A stretch of DNA of 64,000 nt. It comes from a virus. Shown here piece by piece: positions 37,580-46,356 of the stretch; position 1 is the first letter of the stretch; the number at the start of each line of letters is the position of its first letter. The notes below the pieces were generated by a model that was given only the letters and a program-made list of their open reading frames with translations, was not told the DNA's origin and did no database searches. A program made the position numbers and the translations under genes. The stretch is from positions 16,100 to 80,099 of the IMG/VR virus record IMGVR_UViG_3300015263_001568; one strand, given 5' to 3'.

Positions 37580-38533
37580 ATGACCATGCCCCACGAATCA
37601 CAGCACGTCAAAAAACGGACACCAACGGATGAATTTGAGGCCATCGAGCGGCTAGACCGCCTGTTTGAGGTACGCCTCGACAGCACGGATGCACCGTTAG
37701 AGCCGGGCGACTTCATCACGTTCGAGGAATGGGACCAGCAGCAGCGCCAGTACACCGGCCGCCGCATGTCCTACCGAGTTAGCTACGCCATCCACACCAA
37801 GGAGCTGGCTTCACGTTATGGGTGGTCGGAAGACGACATCGCTAAGCGTGGAATGAATCTGTATGGATTGGTTCCACCAGACTATCGACGGATGCGCAGC
37901 GTTTTTGCGCACGCGTTCGTCATCGCCCTTGTCGTCCAAAAGTTCGATTCTGATCGCCAATGGGAGCTGGTAGAAGGCCCCACATTTTTACCTTTTTTGC
38001 TGTGCCCTACCATCGACATCAGCTCACTGATATCTTTTTCCAACATCGACCGGTGGCCTGCGGGGATTTACTCCGTCCACTGGATGATTGACTTAGACAA
38101 CCCGGAGCATGTTGGGATAGCAGAAATCAAGATTGTCGACATGCTGGTGTGGACGTGGACGTCCTATCTCGAAAACGAAATTGAAGAGGAGCGCACGCAG
38201 CTCTTCTTGCAAGAGCTAGACCCGCAAGCATTGCGAAATGGTGATACGATCAACATTGACGGCAAGAAGCTTATCCCTGCGCATCCGGACGAAATTGGCG
38301 CTTTGTACGGGGCTGACGAAGAGGATGACGATGGGAATGTGGATATTGAAGATGAAGGTACAGATGACGATTTAGCTGAAGACGATGACCCTTGGAGTAC
38401 GGCGCGCTACGAAGCTGCCGCTGGCAGTGATGAGCGGCGCTCGCAAGAATTCATTCACAGGCTCCTCCATGGGAAAATATCAGACGATGAACTAGAACAG
38501 GCCATGTTCGACAAGGACGCAGGAGACGTATAA
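37580..38533 (+). CDS. ASCH/DUF3850-like domain protein
   Basis: FEAI...FEVR...GDFITFEEWD...YTGR N-terminal pattern; acidic C-terminus. Confidence 0.65.
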   Translation: MTMPHESQHVKKRTPTDEFEAIERLDRLFEVRLDSTDAPLEPGDFITFEEWDQQQRQYTGRRMSYRVSYAIHTKELASRYGWSEDDIAKRGMNLYGLVPPDYRRMRSVFAHAFVIALVVQKFDSDRQWELVEGPTFLPFLLCPTIDISSLISFSNIDRWPAGIYSVHWMIDLDNPEHVGIAEIKIVDMLVWTWTSYLENEIEEERTQLFLQELDPQALRNGDTINIDGKKLIPAHPDEIGALYGADEEDDDGNVDIEDEGTDDDLAEDDDPWSTARYEAAAGSDERRSQEFIHRLLHGKISDDELEQAMFDKDAGDV

Positions 38534-38895
38534 TGACCGAACATCCATGGGAAGAGCGGCCAGCTTGGGTAGTGTTGATGCTACTATCCTCCAAAGCTGA
38601 TGTAGATCGCGCTGCGGCGGCGTACTTCGGCCCAGACAAAGCAGCTAGCGAAACATTCATAGCGGAATTTGGGATCGACCTAACGCAGTTCATCGGGCAC
38701 TACTTGGAGGTCGATGTGGCCGAAGCCCCCATGGGACCGTTCGTCAAGGGACGTGTGCGCCCCATCGTCAGCATTAGCAAAGATGGGGAAAAGTACCGTC
38801 CTCGGGTATTCAGCCATCAAGAAGGCTTGTTCAACACAAACACAGGATTGGCGTGGGTGTCGGTTGAGGATTGGGAAAGCCTAATCGGCGCATGA
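38533..38895 (+). CDS. Hypothetical protein
   Basis: AGGAG RBS; TAATG coupling. Confidence 0.65.
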   Translation: MTEHPWEERPAWVVLMLLSSKADVDRAAAAYFGPDKAASETFIAEFGIDLTQFIGHYLEVDVAEAPMGPFVKGRVRPIVSISKDGEKYRPRVFSHQEGLFNTNTGLAWVSVEDWESLIGA

Positions 38896-39284
38896 ACAAG
38901 AAATCCCAAACCGAATTATTCGCGCCGCGCTTTAAGGGCAAGGCCGCTGAGATAATCGACCTCAGCGAAAAAGAGCACGAGGCCATCGCTTTACGTATTA
39001 GCGATGAGCAGGCGCTCCTTGTCATGTGGGACGTAGACGAGTCTGGAGCGCGCCGATTCCGTATCCGTATGCTGGGCTTTGACAGTAATGGCCGTCCCAT
39101 TTTCAAACAGTTCCGCCAGAACGAAAAGGCCACTGCCTTCATGGGCGAGATTGCCATCATGGGTCCTGGAAGCTCCGAACTATGGTCGTCGATGGGCTAC
39201 GAAGATCCAGATGACATCGACGCCGAAGGCAACATCACCAACAAACCGCGGGAGATCGTAATCATCCCGGTACAGGATTATTGA
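38892..39284 (+). CDS. Hypothetical protein
   Basis: ATGA overlap; start MNKKS. Confidence 0.65.
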   Translation: MNKKSQTELFAPRFKGKAAEIIDLSEKEHEAIALRISDEQALLVMWDVDESGARRFRIRMLGFDSNGRPIFKQFRQNEKATAFMGEIAIMGPGSSELWSSMGYEDPDDIDAEGNITNKPREIVIIPVQDY

Positions 39285-39862
39285 TGTCAGACCAAGAGGA
39301 CTTTGAACGTGTAAAGCCCTTGTTGTCAGTCCGTGACGAGCCAGCAGGCACCATTTACACACCGCCTGATGGGCAGCCCGTCGACAATGAAGGCATCTAT
39401 CTTCCTGACGATCCCAGCGTGATGACCGACAGGCTCGTCAACTGGGAACGGCGCTTTCTCCTGCCGTTGGCGCAAATCGTTTCCCGTGTTTTTCGCGTCC
39501 TTCCAATCACGGATGATGTGTACCGCACCTTGCCACAGGATACGCGGAACTCGGTACTGTGCGTTGTGCTCAGCCGCTCCGAAATTCAGCAAGTCGCCGG
39601 AGCGGACGCCATTCGCTGGCCGGCTATCCGTGTCGTTGTGAAGCAGTATGAAGTCGTTAGGATCAACGTAGTCTGCGATTTCAGCCGCAAAGTCTGCGAC
39701 GTCGAATTCATGGACTTGTGGCGCAACGCAAAGCCCGGCTACGAGCGCATTATCGATCCCAATGGTCGTGCCATTGGCCCTCAGACCATCTATCAAATTC
39801 TCACACGCTACGCGGCCATTGAAGGCATTTTGCCCAGCGTGATGATCCCTTCGGTGCGCTGA
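39284..39862 (+). CDS. Hypothetical protein
   Basis: TGATG coupling on both sides. Confidence 0.65.
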   Translation: MSDQEDFERVKPLLSVRDEPAGTIYTPPDGQPVDNEGIYLPDDPSVMTDRLVNWERRFLLPLAQIVSRVFRVLPITDDVYRTLPQDTRNSVLCVVLSRSEIQQVAGADAIRWPAIRVVVKQYEVVRINVVCDFSRKVCDVEFMDLWRNAKPGYERIIDPNGRAIGPQTIYQILTRYAAIEGILPSVMIPSVR

Positions 39863-40119
39863 TGGCCAATCCACGTACCAGTGAAAGTTTAGAAGCGCTG
39901 CTTGCCGACCTTGCCGAAGCAAAAAAGCGCTGTGCTAGGGACGAAGAGCAGCTACAAACACTGTGGCAATTGGTGCACCACCTGATCTTGTTGGAAGACC
40001 CACGCATCGATGCTGTTCTGCAAAAGTTGAACATCACATTCACCGTCGACGGCAAGCAGATTTTCCCCCGCCACAAGCCGCTGTCTCCTACCGTTATCTA
40101 CGACACCAAAACCAATTAA
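39862..40119 (+). CDS. Hypothetical protein
   Basis: 85 aa; coupled start. Confidence 0.6.
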   Translation: MANPRTSESLEALLADLAEAKKRCARDEEQLQTLWQLVHHLILLEDPRIDAVLQKLNITFTVDGKQIFPRHKPLSPTVIYDTKTN

Positions 40120-40120
40120 A

Positions 40121-41611
40121 ATGCCGAAAATCGTCCTCGCTAACCAGTGTTTTGTGCCCGAATCCATGATAACGCGAGATGATTTACAACGATGGTATTA
40201 CGAATGGGAAGAAGACGTTGTCGAGGACAAGCTGGACGAAAATGGTGTGGTGATTTTTGACGGTGATGGTAAACCCATGACGGTGCGCACCAAGGTGCAA
40301 AAATCACTGAAAACGTATGAATGGGTAGTGGATGACAGCGGCCGGCGTTGGGTTGGTCTGCCACGCGGAAATTTCAACAAAGTGCGCCCGCTGTTGCGCG
40401 CCAACCGAAAAGACGTCGTAGACCTACGCTGTCACGCGCCGCTCGATCTCGGAATGGCTATCAACAAGAGCACGCGTTCTGATCCGCGTTGGAAATCACA
40501 GAAGGATGCAGTCAAAGAGTGGCTGCAATATGGCTGGGGAATCATCCGTGGGGAGCCTGGTAGCGGAAAAACCACAATGGGCATCGCTGCCATTGCCGCC
40601 GTCAAGCAGCGCACGCTCATCTTGTCTGCACGGCGCGACGGCAACACGCACTGGATTAACCAGTTGCGCAAGCACACCAACTTGCAAGAGATAGAGGAGC
40701 TAGAAGGGCGCGAACTAGTAGGCGTCTACAAAGCGAAGAGAAACCGCATCTGGCCAATCACTGTGGTGACGGTGCAATCATTCCTGCATGACAAGGGGCA
40801 CGGGCGCCTCGCTGAGCTGCAACAGAAATTCGGTATGGTGCTCATCGACGAAGTGCACGAGTTCGGCTCGCCAAAATTCTCGTATATCCTGAGCTGCACC
40901 AATCCTCGCTACATCCTAGGTGTAACCGCCACGCCAAAACGTAGTGACAGAAAACACCACCTGGTGTATGACCTCGTGGGTCCGGTTGTAGCCCAAGCAA
41001 AATCAAAGCAGATGAAGCCAAAAGTCACGTTCATTCTTACAGGCGTCATGGCGCCGGAATGGATTTACAAACAGCCATTTCCTCCGCACTACCGCTGGCA
41101 AAAGTGCTTGGAAACGCTTGTCGCATCCGAAAAGCGCTACGACATCATCATACGGGAGCTGTTGCGGGACATCGAGCGCGGGCGCATCATCGCCTGCGTC
41201 TCTGAGCGACGAGAAGTCGTGCAGCGCTTGTTTAGCACGCTGTGCGACCGCGGCGTGGATAATGTCGCGTACGTAGACGGCGGCACAAAAAACCGCGAAG
41301 CGATATACGAGTCCGTGCGTGATGGCCAAGTGCAAGTGCTGTGCGCCGGGAAGGTGCTGAACGCTCTGGTTGACATCGCGGTGCTCGACTGCATTCACCT
41401 GGTGACGCCGGTGAACAACGAAAAGAGCGTGAAGCAGATTTACGGACGCGGAAACCGCTGGTTTGAAAATAAGGTGACGCCGGAAGTCAAAGACTACGTA
41501 GACCAAGGCGGCCAGCTGACGGGAGCGTTCAAAAATCGCAACCGTATATGTCTGGAGAATGACTGGCAGACCGAAGTAATAGACGGCGCGCGCAGTTCTT
41601 TCTGGAAGTAA
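40121..41611 (+). CDS. Superfamily 2 helicase (UvsW-like)
   Basis: GEPGSGKT, DEVH, TATP, QIYGRGNR motifs. Confidence 0.9.
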   Translation: MPKIVLANQCFVPESMITRDDLQRWYYEWEEDVVEDKLDENGVVIFDGDGKPMTVRTKVQKSLKTYEWVVDDSGRRWVGLPRGNFNKVRPLLRANRKDVVDLRCHAPLDLGMAINKSTRSDPRWKSQKDAVKEWLQYGWGIIRGEPGSGKTTMGIAAIAAVKQRTLILSARRDGNTHWINQLRKHTNLQEIEELEGRELVGVYKAKRNRIWPITVVTVQSFLHDKGHGRLAELQQKFGMVLIDEVHEFGSPKFSYILSCTNPRYILGVTATPKRSDRKHHLVYDLVGPVVAQAKSKQMKPKVTFILTGVMAPEWIYKQPFPPHYRWQKCLETLVASEKRYDIIIRELLRDIERGRIIACVSERREVVQRLFSTLCDRGVDNVAYVDGGTKNREAIYESVRDGQVQVLCAGKVLNALVDIAVLDCIHLVTPVNNEKSVKQIYGRGNRWFENKVTPEVKDYVDQGGQLTGAFKNRNRICLENDWQTEVIDGARSSFWK

Positions 41612-41637
41612 GGTGGGTACTTGAGTAGAATGGCGCG

Positions 41638-42222
41638 ATGACACAAAACGTCAACAAGACCAACAGCTCAGAGGTTATGCATAACCTGCGCTTGGCCGGT
41701 AACGATACTGAACGGGTATTGGCCAAAGCAGGCATACCGCGCCGATTCTGGCACTTGTCCATTTCGCAAATCAACTTCATCCCTACGCCATTTTACGGTG
41801 CTTCGCTGTCTACTATTGCACAACGGCACTGGGTGAACTACCTGGTAAAGTCCACGAAATGGAACCGCCATCGAGTGGTCGTCATTGGCTCATCGCCAAC
41901 CGATGAAGGTGCAATAGCGCTTGCGTCGTACATTCTTGAGCGCGCGGCGCGCAGAAACTGCCCTGTGATGTTTGACGACGTGGCCCACAATGAGCGCACA
42001 TGGTACGACCCATACCCGTACTTCTTCGCGCTTCAGAACGTCACGAAGAACATCACAAGAGAGCGCAGCATTTTAGTTCGAGATGCGATGCGCAGGTTTT
42101 ACAGCGCCACGACGATCATTTGCGTGGCAGGAATCACCGATCCGTACAAGTTCGCCTGCAACCATCTAAATGTGTACCCAGATGCAGCGCTGCGCGTCAT
42201 GGACATCGTGACCCCGCCATGA
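41638..42222 (+). CDS. Putative degenerate DnaC/IstB-like helicase loader
   Basis: AGIPRRF N-terminal motif; P-loop position (IGSSPTDEG) lacks GKT; coupled to dnaB. Confidence 0.5.
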   Translation: MTQNVNKTNSSEVMHNLRLAGNDTERVLAKAGIPRRFWHLSISQINFIPTPFYGASLSTIAQRHWVNYLVKSTKWNRHRVVVIGSSPTDEGAIALASYILERAARRNCPVMFDDVAHNERTWYDPYPYFFALQNVTKNITRERSILVRDAMRRFYSATTIICVAGITDPYKFACNHLNVYPDAALRVMDIVTPP

Positions 42223-43589
42223 AGCAAAAAGCACCGCACATTGAAAACTCTGTACTTCTTGCGCTGCTGGAATCCAAAGACGTTGACGTAAGGGCGCTGA
42301 TTCTCAAGCAGCTAACCGTCGACGACTTTGGAACGGACTGGGGTCGAGAAGTCTTCGAGCGTATCCTACTTTTACGCAGTCTCAATAAGCCTATTGGAGG
42401 CGTGTTAGACGTTGCCGAAGACCCTGCTATTTCCGAAGAAGCCCGTACTTGGCTGCGCAGTACGCCAAAGAACCGGCGCGTGGCGCGCACTATCAGCTTA
42501 GACAAAATAGAATACCGCGTTGAAGTGCTGCACCAGCACAGTAAAATACGCGTTCTGTCAAAAGGAGTGGACGACATCATCAAGGTCGCCGAAGGCAAGC
42601 AGCTGACGCCAGACATGGAACGATCCATTATCAAAAGTCTGGAAACCATGCACAACGCTATGCATCGTACCAGTGAGGCACAGCCCTTCTTGCACCTTGG
42701 TAAGCGGGCAAGCATACCGGAAGTAAAGTCGCTAACTGAGGAACTCCTAGACCCTGAACAGGTGCACTTTATTCCAACCGGATTTTCTGCTATCGACGAG
42801 CACATGCATGGCTTTGAACCGGGAACGTTGGTCGTACTATCCGGTCCGCCAGCCGGTGGGAAAAGCCTGGTAGCCAATACAATGGCGATAAACCAGTACA
42901 AGATATCAAAGTGTGACGTGTGCGTCGTTTCGTTGGAAATGAACAAAAAACAGCAACTACGCCGCATGATCGCAAACTTGACGCAGTTCAACCACAACTT
43001 GGTACGAGACCCCTCCAAATTACGAGAAACACAAATAGCGCACATCAAGCAAGAGATGCGAAGATTCGTTCAGTGGGGTAAAAAACGCGACTGTGAATTC
43101 ACGATTCGCGATGTCGCTAACACGGACTATACTCCCACCAAGTTGGAAAATGAGCTGGCGCAGTTTCATTACGACGTCATTTACGTCGACTACATCACCC
43201 TACTCAGCACCAAAGAGCACAAGACACTTTGGGAAATGCAGATGGAGTTCAGCCGGCAACTGCGTGTCATTGCGCAAAAACTCAACTGCGTAATGGTGGT
43301 GTTGACACAGCTGAGCGACGATGAGAAAGTCAAGTATGGAAGGGCTATCGAAGAAAACGCAGACTACTGGTTCTGGTGGAACTGGGATGCGCAGAGCCGG
43401 GAGTATGGTGAGACCGACATCCTGCTACAGAAAGCTCGGCATGCGGAAGGCTTCACAAAATTCCGGACCCATTTTAAGTTCGCCGAGATGCGCGTCACCG
43501 TGTATGGCAAGAACGAAGCCGGCTTCGTTCCCGACAATCTGAGAATGAAAAAGGGAATGGCCAGCGGACCAACCGCAGGAGGCTTCTAA
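42219..43589 (+). CDS. dnaB: DnaB-like replicative helicase
   Basis: IPTGFSAID, GPPAGGKS, SLEM, VDYITL, LTQL, KAR motifs; ATGA start at 42219. Confidence 0.93.
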   Translation: MKQKAPHIENSVLLALLESKDVDVRALILKQLTVDDFGTDWGREVFERILLLRSLNKPIGGVLDVAEDPAISEEARTWLRSTPKNRRVARTISLDKIEYRVEVLHQHSKIRVLSKGVDDIIKVAEGKQLTPDMERSIIKSLETMHNAMHRTSEAQPFLHLGKRASIPEVKSLTEELLDPEQVHFIPTGFSAIDEHMHGFEPGTLVVLSGPPAGGKSLVANTMAINQYKISKCDVCVVSLEMNKKQQLRRMIANLTQFNHNLVRDPSKLRETQIAHIKQEMRRFVQWGKKRDCEFTIRDVANTDYTPTKLENELAQFHYDVIYVDYITLLSTKEHKTLWEMQMEFSRQLRVIAQKLNCVMVVLTQLSDDEKVKYGRAIEENADYWFWWNWDAQSREYGETDILLQKARHAEGFTKFRTHFKFAEMRVTVYGKNEAGFVPDNLRMKKGMASGPTAGGF

Positions 43590-43814
43590 GCAGATGGCTA
43601 CGCCGCGCGAACGATACGCACGCGGTCCCGCTCGACGACAACGATGGACGTGTCGGCGATCCGAACGCCTAGCTGCTGCCAGACTTCGGGCGACCGCGGA
43701 GCACGACGGAGGCGCTCCAACTGCTCTGGACTTACCGAGAGGTACTTGCCAGAAGTATTTGAGCTGTAGTCTTCCATACAATGCTAGAATGACACCGTAA
43801 TACCAAATGTCAAG

Positions 43815-44654
43815 ATGAAAGCGCTATTCACCATACCACGTCGTCCGCGGGTGCTCTTGTTCGATTGGTCGAATGTCGTAGCCCGCGCGTACAGCATCGT
43901 CGATGGGAACGGTTTGCTCCTGCTGTGCAAGATGCTCCGCAGCTACCGCCGCAAGTTCCCGTACTGGCAATTTGCCTTCTTCCTTGAAGGCTCCGGTGTT
44001 GCGCAACGTCGCAAAATCTTTGCGAATTATAAGCAACAACGCGAAGGAGATGGGCCTACAAAAAGGCATCCCGAGTCGATCGACTTATTGGAATGTTTGA
44101 CCGGAACCGTGGTGCAAGCAGCCAAGGGAGAATCCGACGACGCCATCGCCAGCTACATTGCGCAGCACTGCCAAGACGCCGCAAAAGTCGTCATCGTGTC
44201 CGAAGACCGTGACCTCTGGCAGCTCATCAACCGCCAAGTTCATGTGCTCACTCGCAAGGGGGAGATCGCTCCCGAAGACTGCCAACAGTTGCTAGGTGTC
44301 CCGCCGGCCAATGTCCGAATGCTGAAGGCCCTTAGCGGAGACACCTCAGACAACATCCCAGGTGTGCCGCGCGCCAAGCGCAGTACCCTCCAACGTCTTG
44401 CCAAGCGCTGCGAGACCTTGAAGGAACTGGGTGCCCTCCTGGATGCAGATGAGCTACAAGCTAAGGAAGCAGCTAGAATCATTAGCTTTCGTAGCCAAAT
44501 CATTTGCAACTGGAAGGTCATCGGGCTACGGTCTGACTTGAAGCTGACCATCACAAAACACAAGGAGCCTGCGAGCGTCCTGGTCGACTACCTCGCATCC
44601 CAAGGCCACCGACTAGACCCACGAGACGCGAAGCTCATAGCCGAGGAGATGTAG
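43815..44654 (+). CDS. 5'-3' exonuclease / flap endonuclease (PolA N-terminal / T4 RNase H type)
   Basis: YKQQR, ESDDAIAS, SEDRDLWQL, GDTSDNIPGV motifs. Confidence 0.92.
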   Translation: MKALFTIPRRPRVLLFDWSNVVARAYSIVDGNGLLLLCKMLRSYRRKFPYWQFAFFLEGSGVAQRRKIFANYKQQREGDGPTKRHPESIDLLECLTGTVVQAAKGESDDAIASYIAQHCQDAAKVVIVSEDRDLWQLINRQVHVLTRKGEIAPEDCQQLLGVPPANVRMLKALSGDTSDNIPGVPRAKRSTLQRLAKRCETLKELGALLDADELQAKEAARIISFRSQIICNWKVIGLRSDLKLTITKHKEPASVLVDYLASQGHRLDPRDAKLIAEEM

Positions 44655-45842
44655 ATGAAAGCCACAGTAGACACCAAAATCCTGCGGTCAGCGCTCAAGA
44701 GCATGACGGTGCTCCATGGATTCGGCAAGCAGAGCGCCGGAGAGGGCTCTCAGGGCTGCTTGTTGACTGTCACGGATAAGGACACCCTCGTCCTGGAAAC
44801 GACCAATGGCGGGGCTTACATCAAGCGAGTCATTCCTGCCCAGACCCTGCGTGCTGGCCAGGTGGCGGTCGACGGCGCCCAAATCCTAAAGCAGAATCTG
44901 TCGGGAACCGTCACTCTGGAAAGCTCGGGTAGCCAGCTCCGCTTGAGCTTCCGGCAGAGCGCCAAGGCCGAGATGGAGGTCGAAGCCTCCTTGGCCGAGA
45001 TGATCATCGACAGCCGGCCTCGCGGAAAGAAAAAGATGGCCGAGATGCCGTTTGCGCTATTCAAGGCCGCTGTGACCGCCGTCACCTACCCTTCCGTAAT
45101 GAAGGAGCAAGAGCTGCACGTGCAAATCCGTCTGCGTCGAGGCAAACGCCGTAGTCGTCTCGAAGTGAGCGGCATCGACAATATCTCGTACGCTTTTTAC
45201 CGGGCGATTGCCACCGACATTAAGGTCGAGTCCGACGACTTTCGGTTCATTCTTGGCTCCGACTTGCTCAAGAAGGCGCTCGCCGAAATCGATGCCGAAG
45301 GCGCGATGTTCATCGGTTTGGGGCGCGATGACACGGCAATTTTCATCGCCGAAAATTTTGAGCTGCACCATCCGAAGCTCGACGAAGACTGGATCGACAT
45401 CGAGCATCTAATCGAAGGCGAACCGGATGGCTGGTTCGAGATCACGCACAAGCAGCTGCTGGGGGCTGTCGATACCGTGCGGCGCATTGACGCACCACCG
45501 GATGCACCGTTGCGTCTTACCGTCGAGTATCTTCCCACCAACGGCGCAAAGTCGAAGAAAAAGAAGAAGGCCAATGAGGAGAAAAAGGTGCGCATCTCGA
45601 CGGCGTCAAATCGAGCACAGCTTCAGGAAGACCTCATTGTGCTGGACGCCGCGGTTCCAGAGGGTGACCTGTCCTATCAGACAAGCGAAACAACCTTGTC
45701 CAACTTTTTGAAGCTCCTCCCAAGCGAGCTTCCACTTAGGCTGGAGTCATGGGAAAAGCACTGCATCCGCGTAATGCCAAACGGAATGAAAAGCGGAACA
45801 AAGGTAGAGTACATGCTACCGATGTTCTCAGCCGAGGACTAG
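44655..45842 (+). CDS. dnaN: DNA polymerase III beta-like sliding clamp
   Basis: 395 aa with three repeated beta-alpha-beta units; GCLLTV..DTLVLETTN...I...IPA...AGQVAV resembles clamp domain I; dnaX present in window. Confidence 0.7.
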   Translation: MKATVDTKILRSALKSMTVLHGFGKQSAGEGSQGCLLTVTDKDTLVLETTNGGAYIKRVIPAQTLRAGQVAVDGAQILKQNLSGTVTLESSGSQLRLSFRQSAKAEMEVEASLAEMIIDSRPRGKKKMAEMPFALFKAAVTAVTYPSVMKEQELHVQIRLRRGKRRSRLEVSGIDNISYAFYRAIATDIKVESDDFRFILGSDLLKKALAEIDAEGAMFIGLGRDDTAIFIAENFELHHPKLDEDWIDIEHLIEGEPDGWFEITHKQLLGAVDTVRRIDAPPDAPLRLTVEYLPTNGAKSKKKKKANEEKKVRISTASNRAQLQEDLIVLDAAVPEGDLSYQTSETTLSNFLKLLPSELPLRLESWEKHCIRVMPNGMKSGTKVEYMLPMFSAED

Positions 45843-46321
45843 CAAACCTCGACAACATCTTGGGCTGCTGGGAGCAGTTCGATGAAGAGTTCTTCGTCGA
45901 AGTCGACCAAGCATTCGTGCTGCGCCTAAAATCGGTTCTGTACGGAGAAGAGGTCTACGTAAAGAATCTGGCACAACATGGAAATGTCCGACTGCTTGGC
46001 GTATTTGGCCGCCGGGTGCGGCGTGAGCGCATGCTTGGCTACATCGTCGAATTCGTGGGTTCGCCTATCATCCACGGCTATACATGGTTCCTCGCCCTCA
46101 GCTACACTGCGGCGACGGATGTACGGCGGAAGCCATTGCGCTACCTGTTCACCGACGAGAATATTCGGCTGGCGCGCGCTGGAATTGGCGTAGAGGAAGG
46201 TGGGATGCAGAAGTTTGACTATTGGGTTGGCTACCGCGATAAGGACCGGCAGCACGACGAAGAAGGCGCCGCTGGCTCGGTCGCCATCCACACCTCTGGT
46301 GGATGGAGAGCGGGGCTATGA
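45749..46321 (+). CDS. Hypothetical protein (start uncertain, possibly TTG 45860)
   Basis: Fills the gap between clamp and uvrD. Confidence 0.55.
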   Translation: MGKALHPRNAKRNEKRNKGRVHATDVLSRGLANLDNILGCWEQFDEEFFVEVDQAFVLRLKSVLYGEEVYVKNLAQHGNVRLLGVFGRRVRRERMLGYIVEFVGSPIIHGYTWFLALSYTAATDVRRKPLRYLFTDENIRLARAGIGVEEGGMQKFDYWVGYRDKDRQHDEEGAAGSVAIHTSGGWRAGL

Positions 46322-46356
46322 GCGAGTCGAGCTGCCCACTGATGGAAACCTAAGAC

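Noticed and set aside
42000-42218. N-terminal extension of DnaB in the ORF track
   Set aside because: Overlaps the upstream gene; the ATGA-coupled start at 42219 is more plausible.
43594-43800. 68-aa ORF between dnaB and the 5'-3' exonuclease
   Set aside because: Arg-rich with no motif, and overlaps a promoter-like TGcTAGAAT at 43782; cannot be supported.
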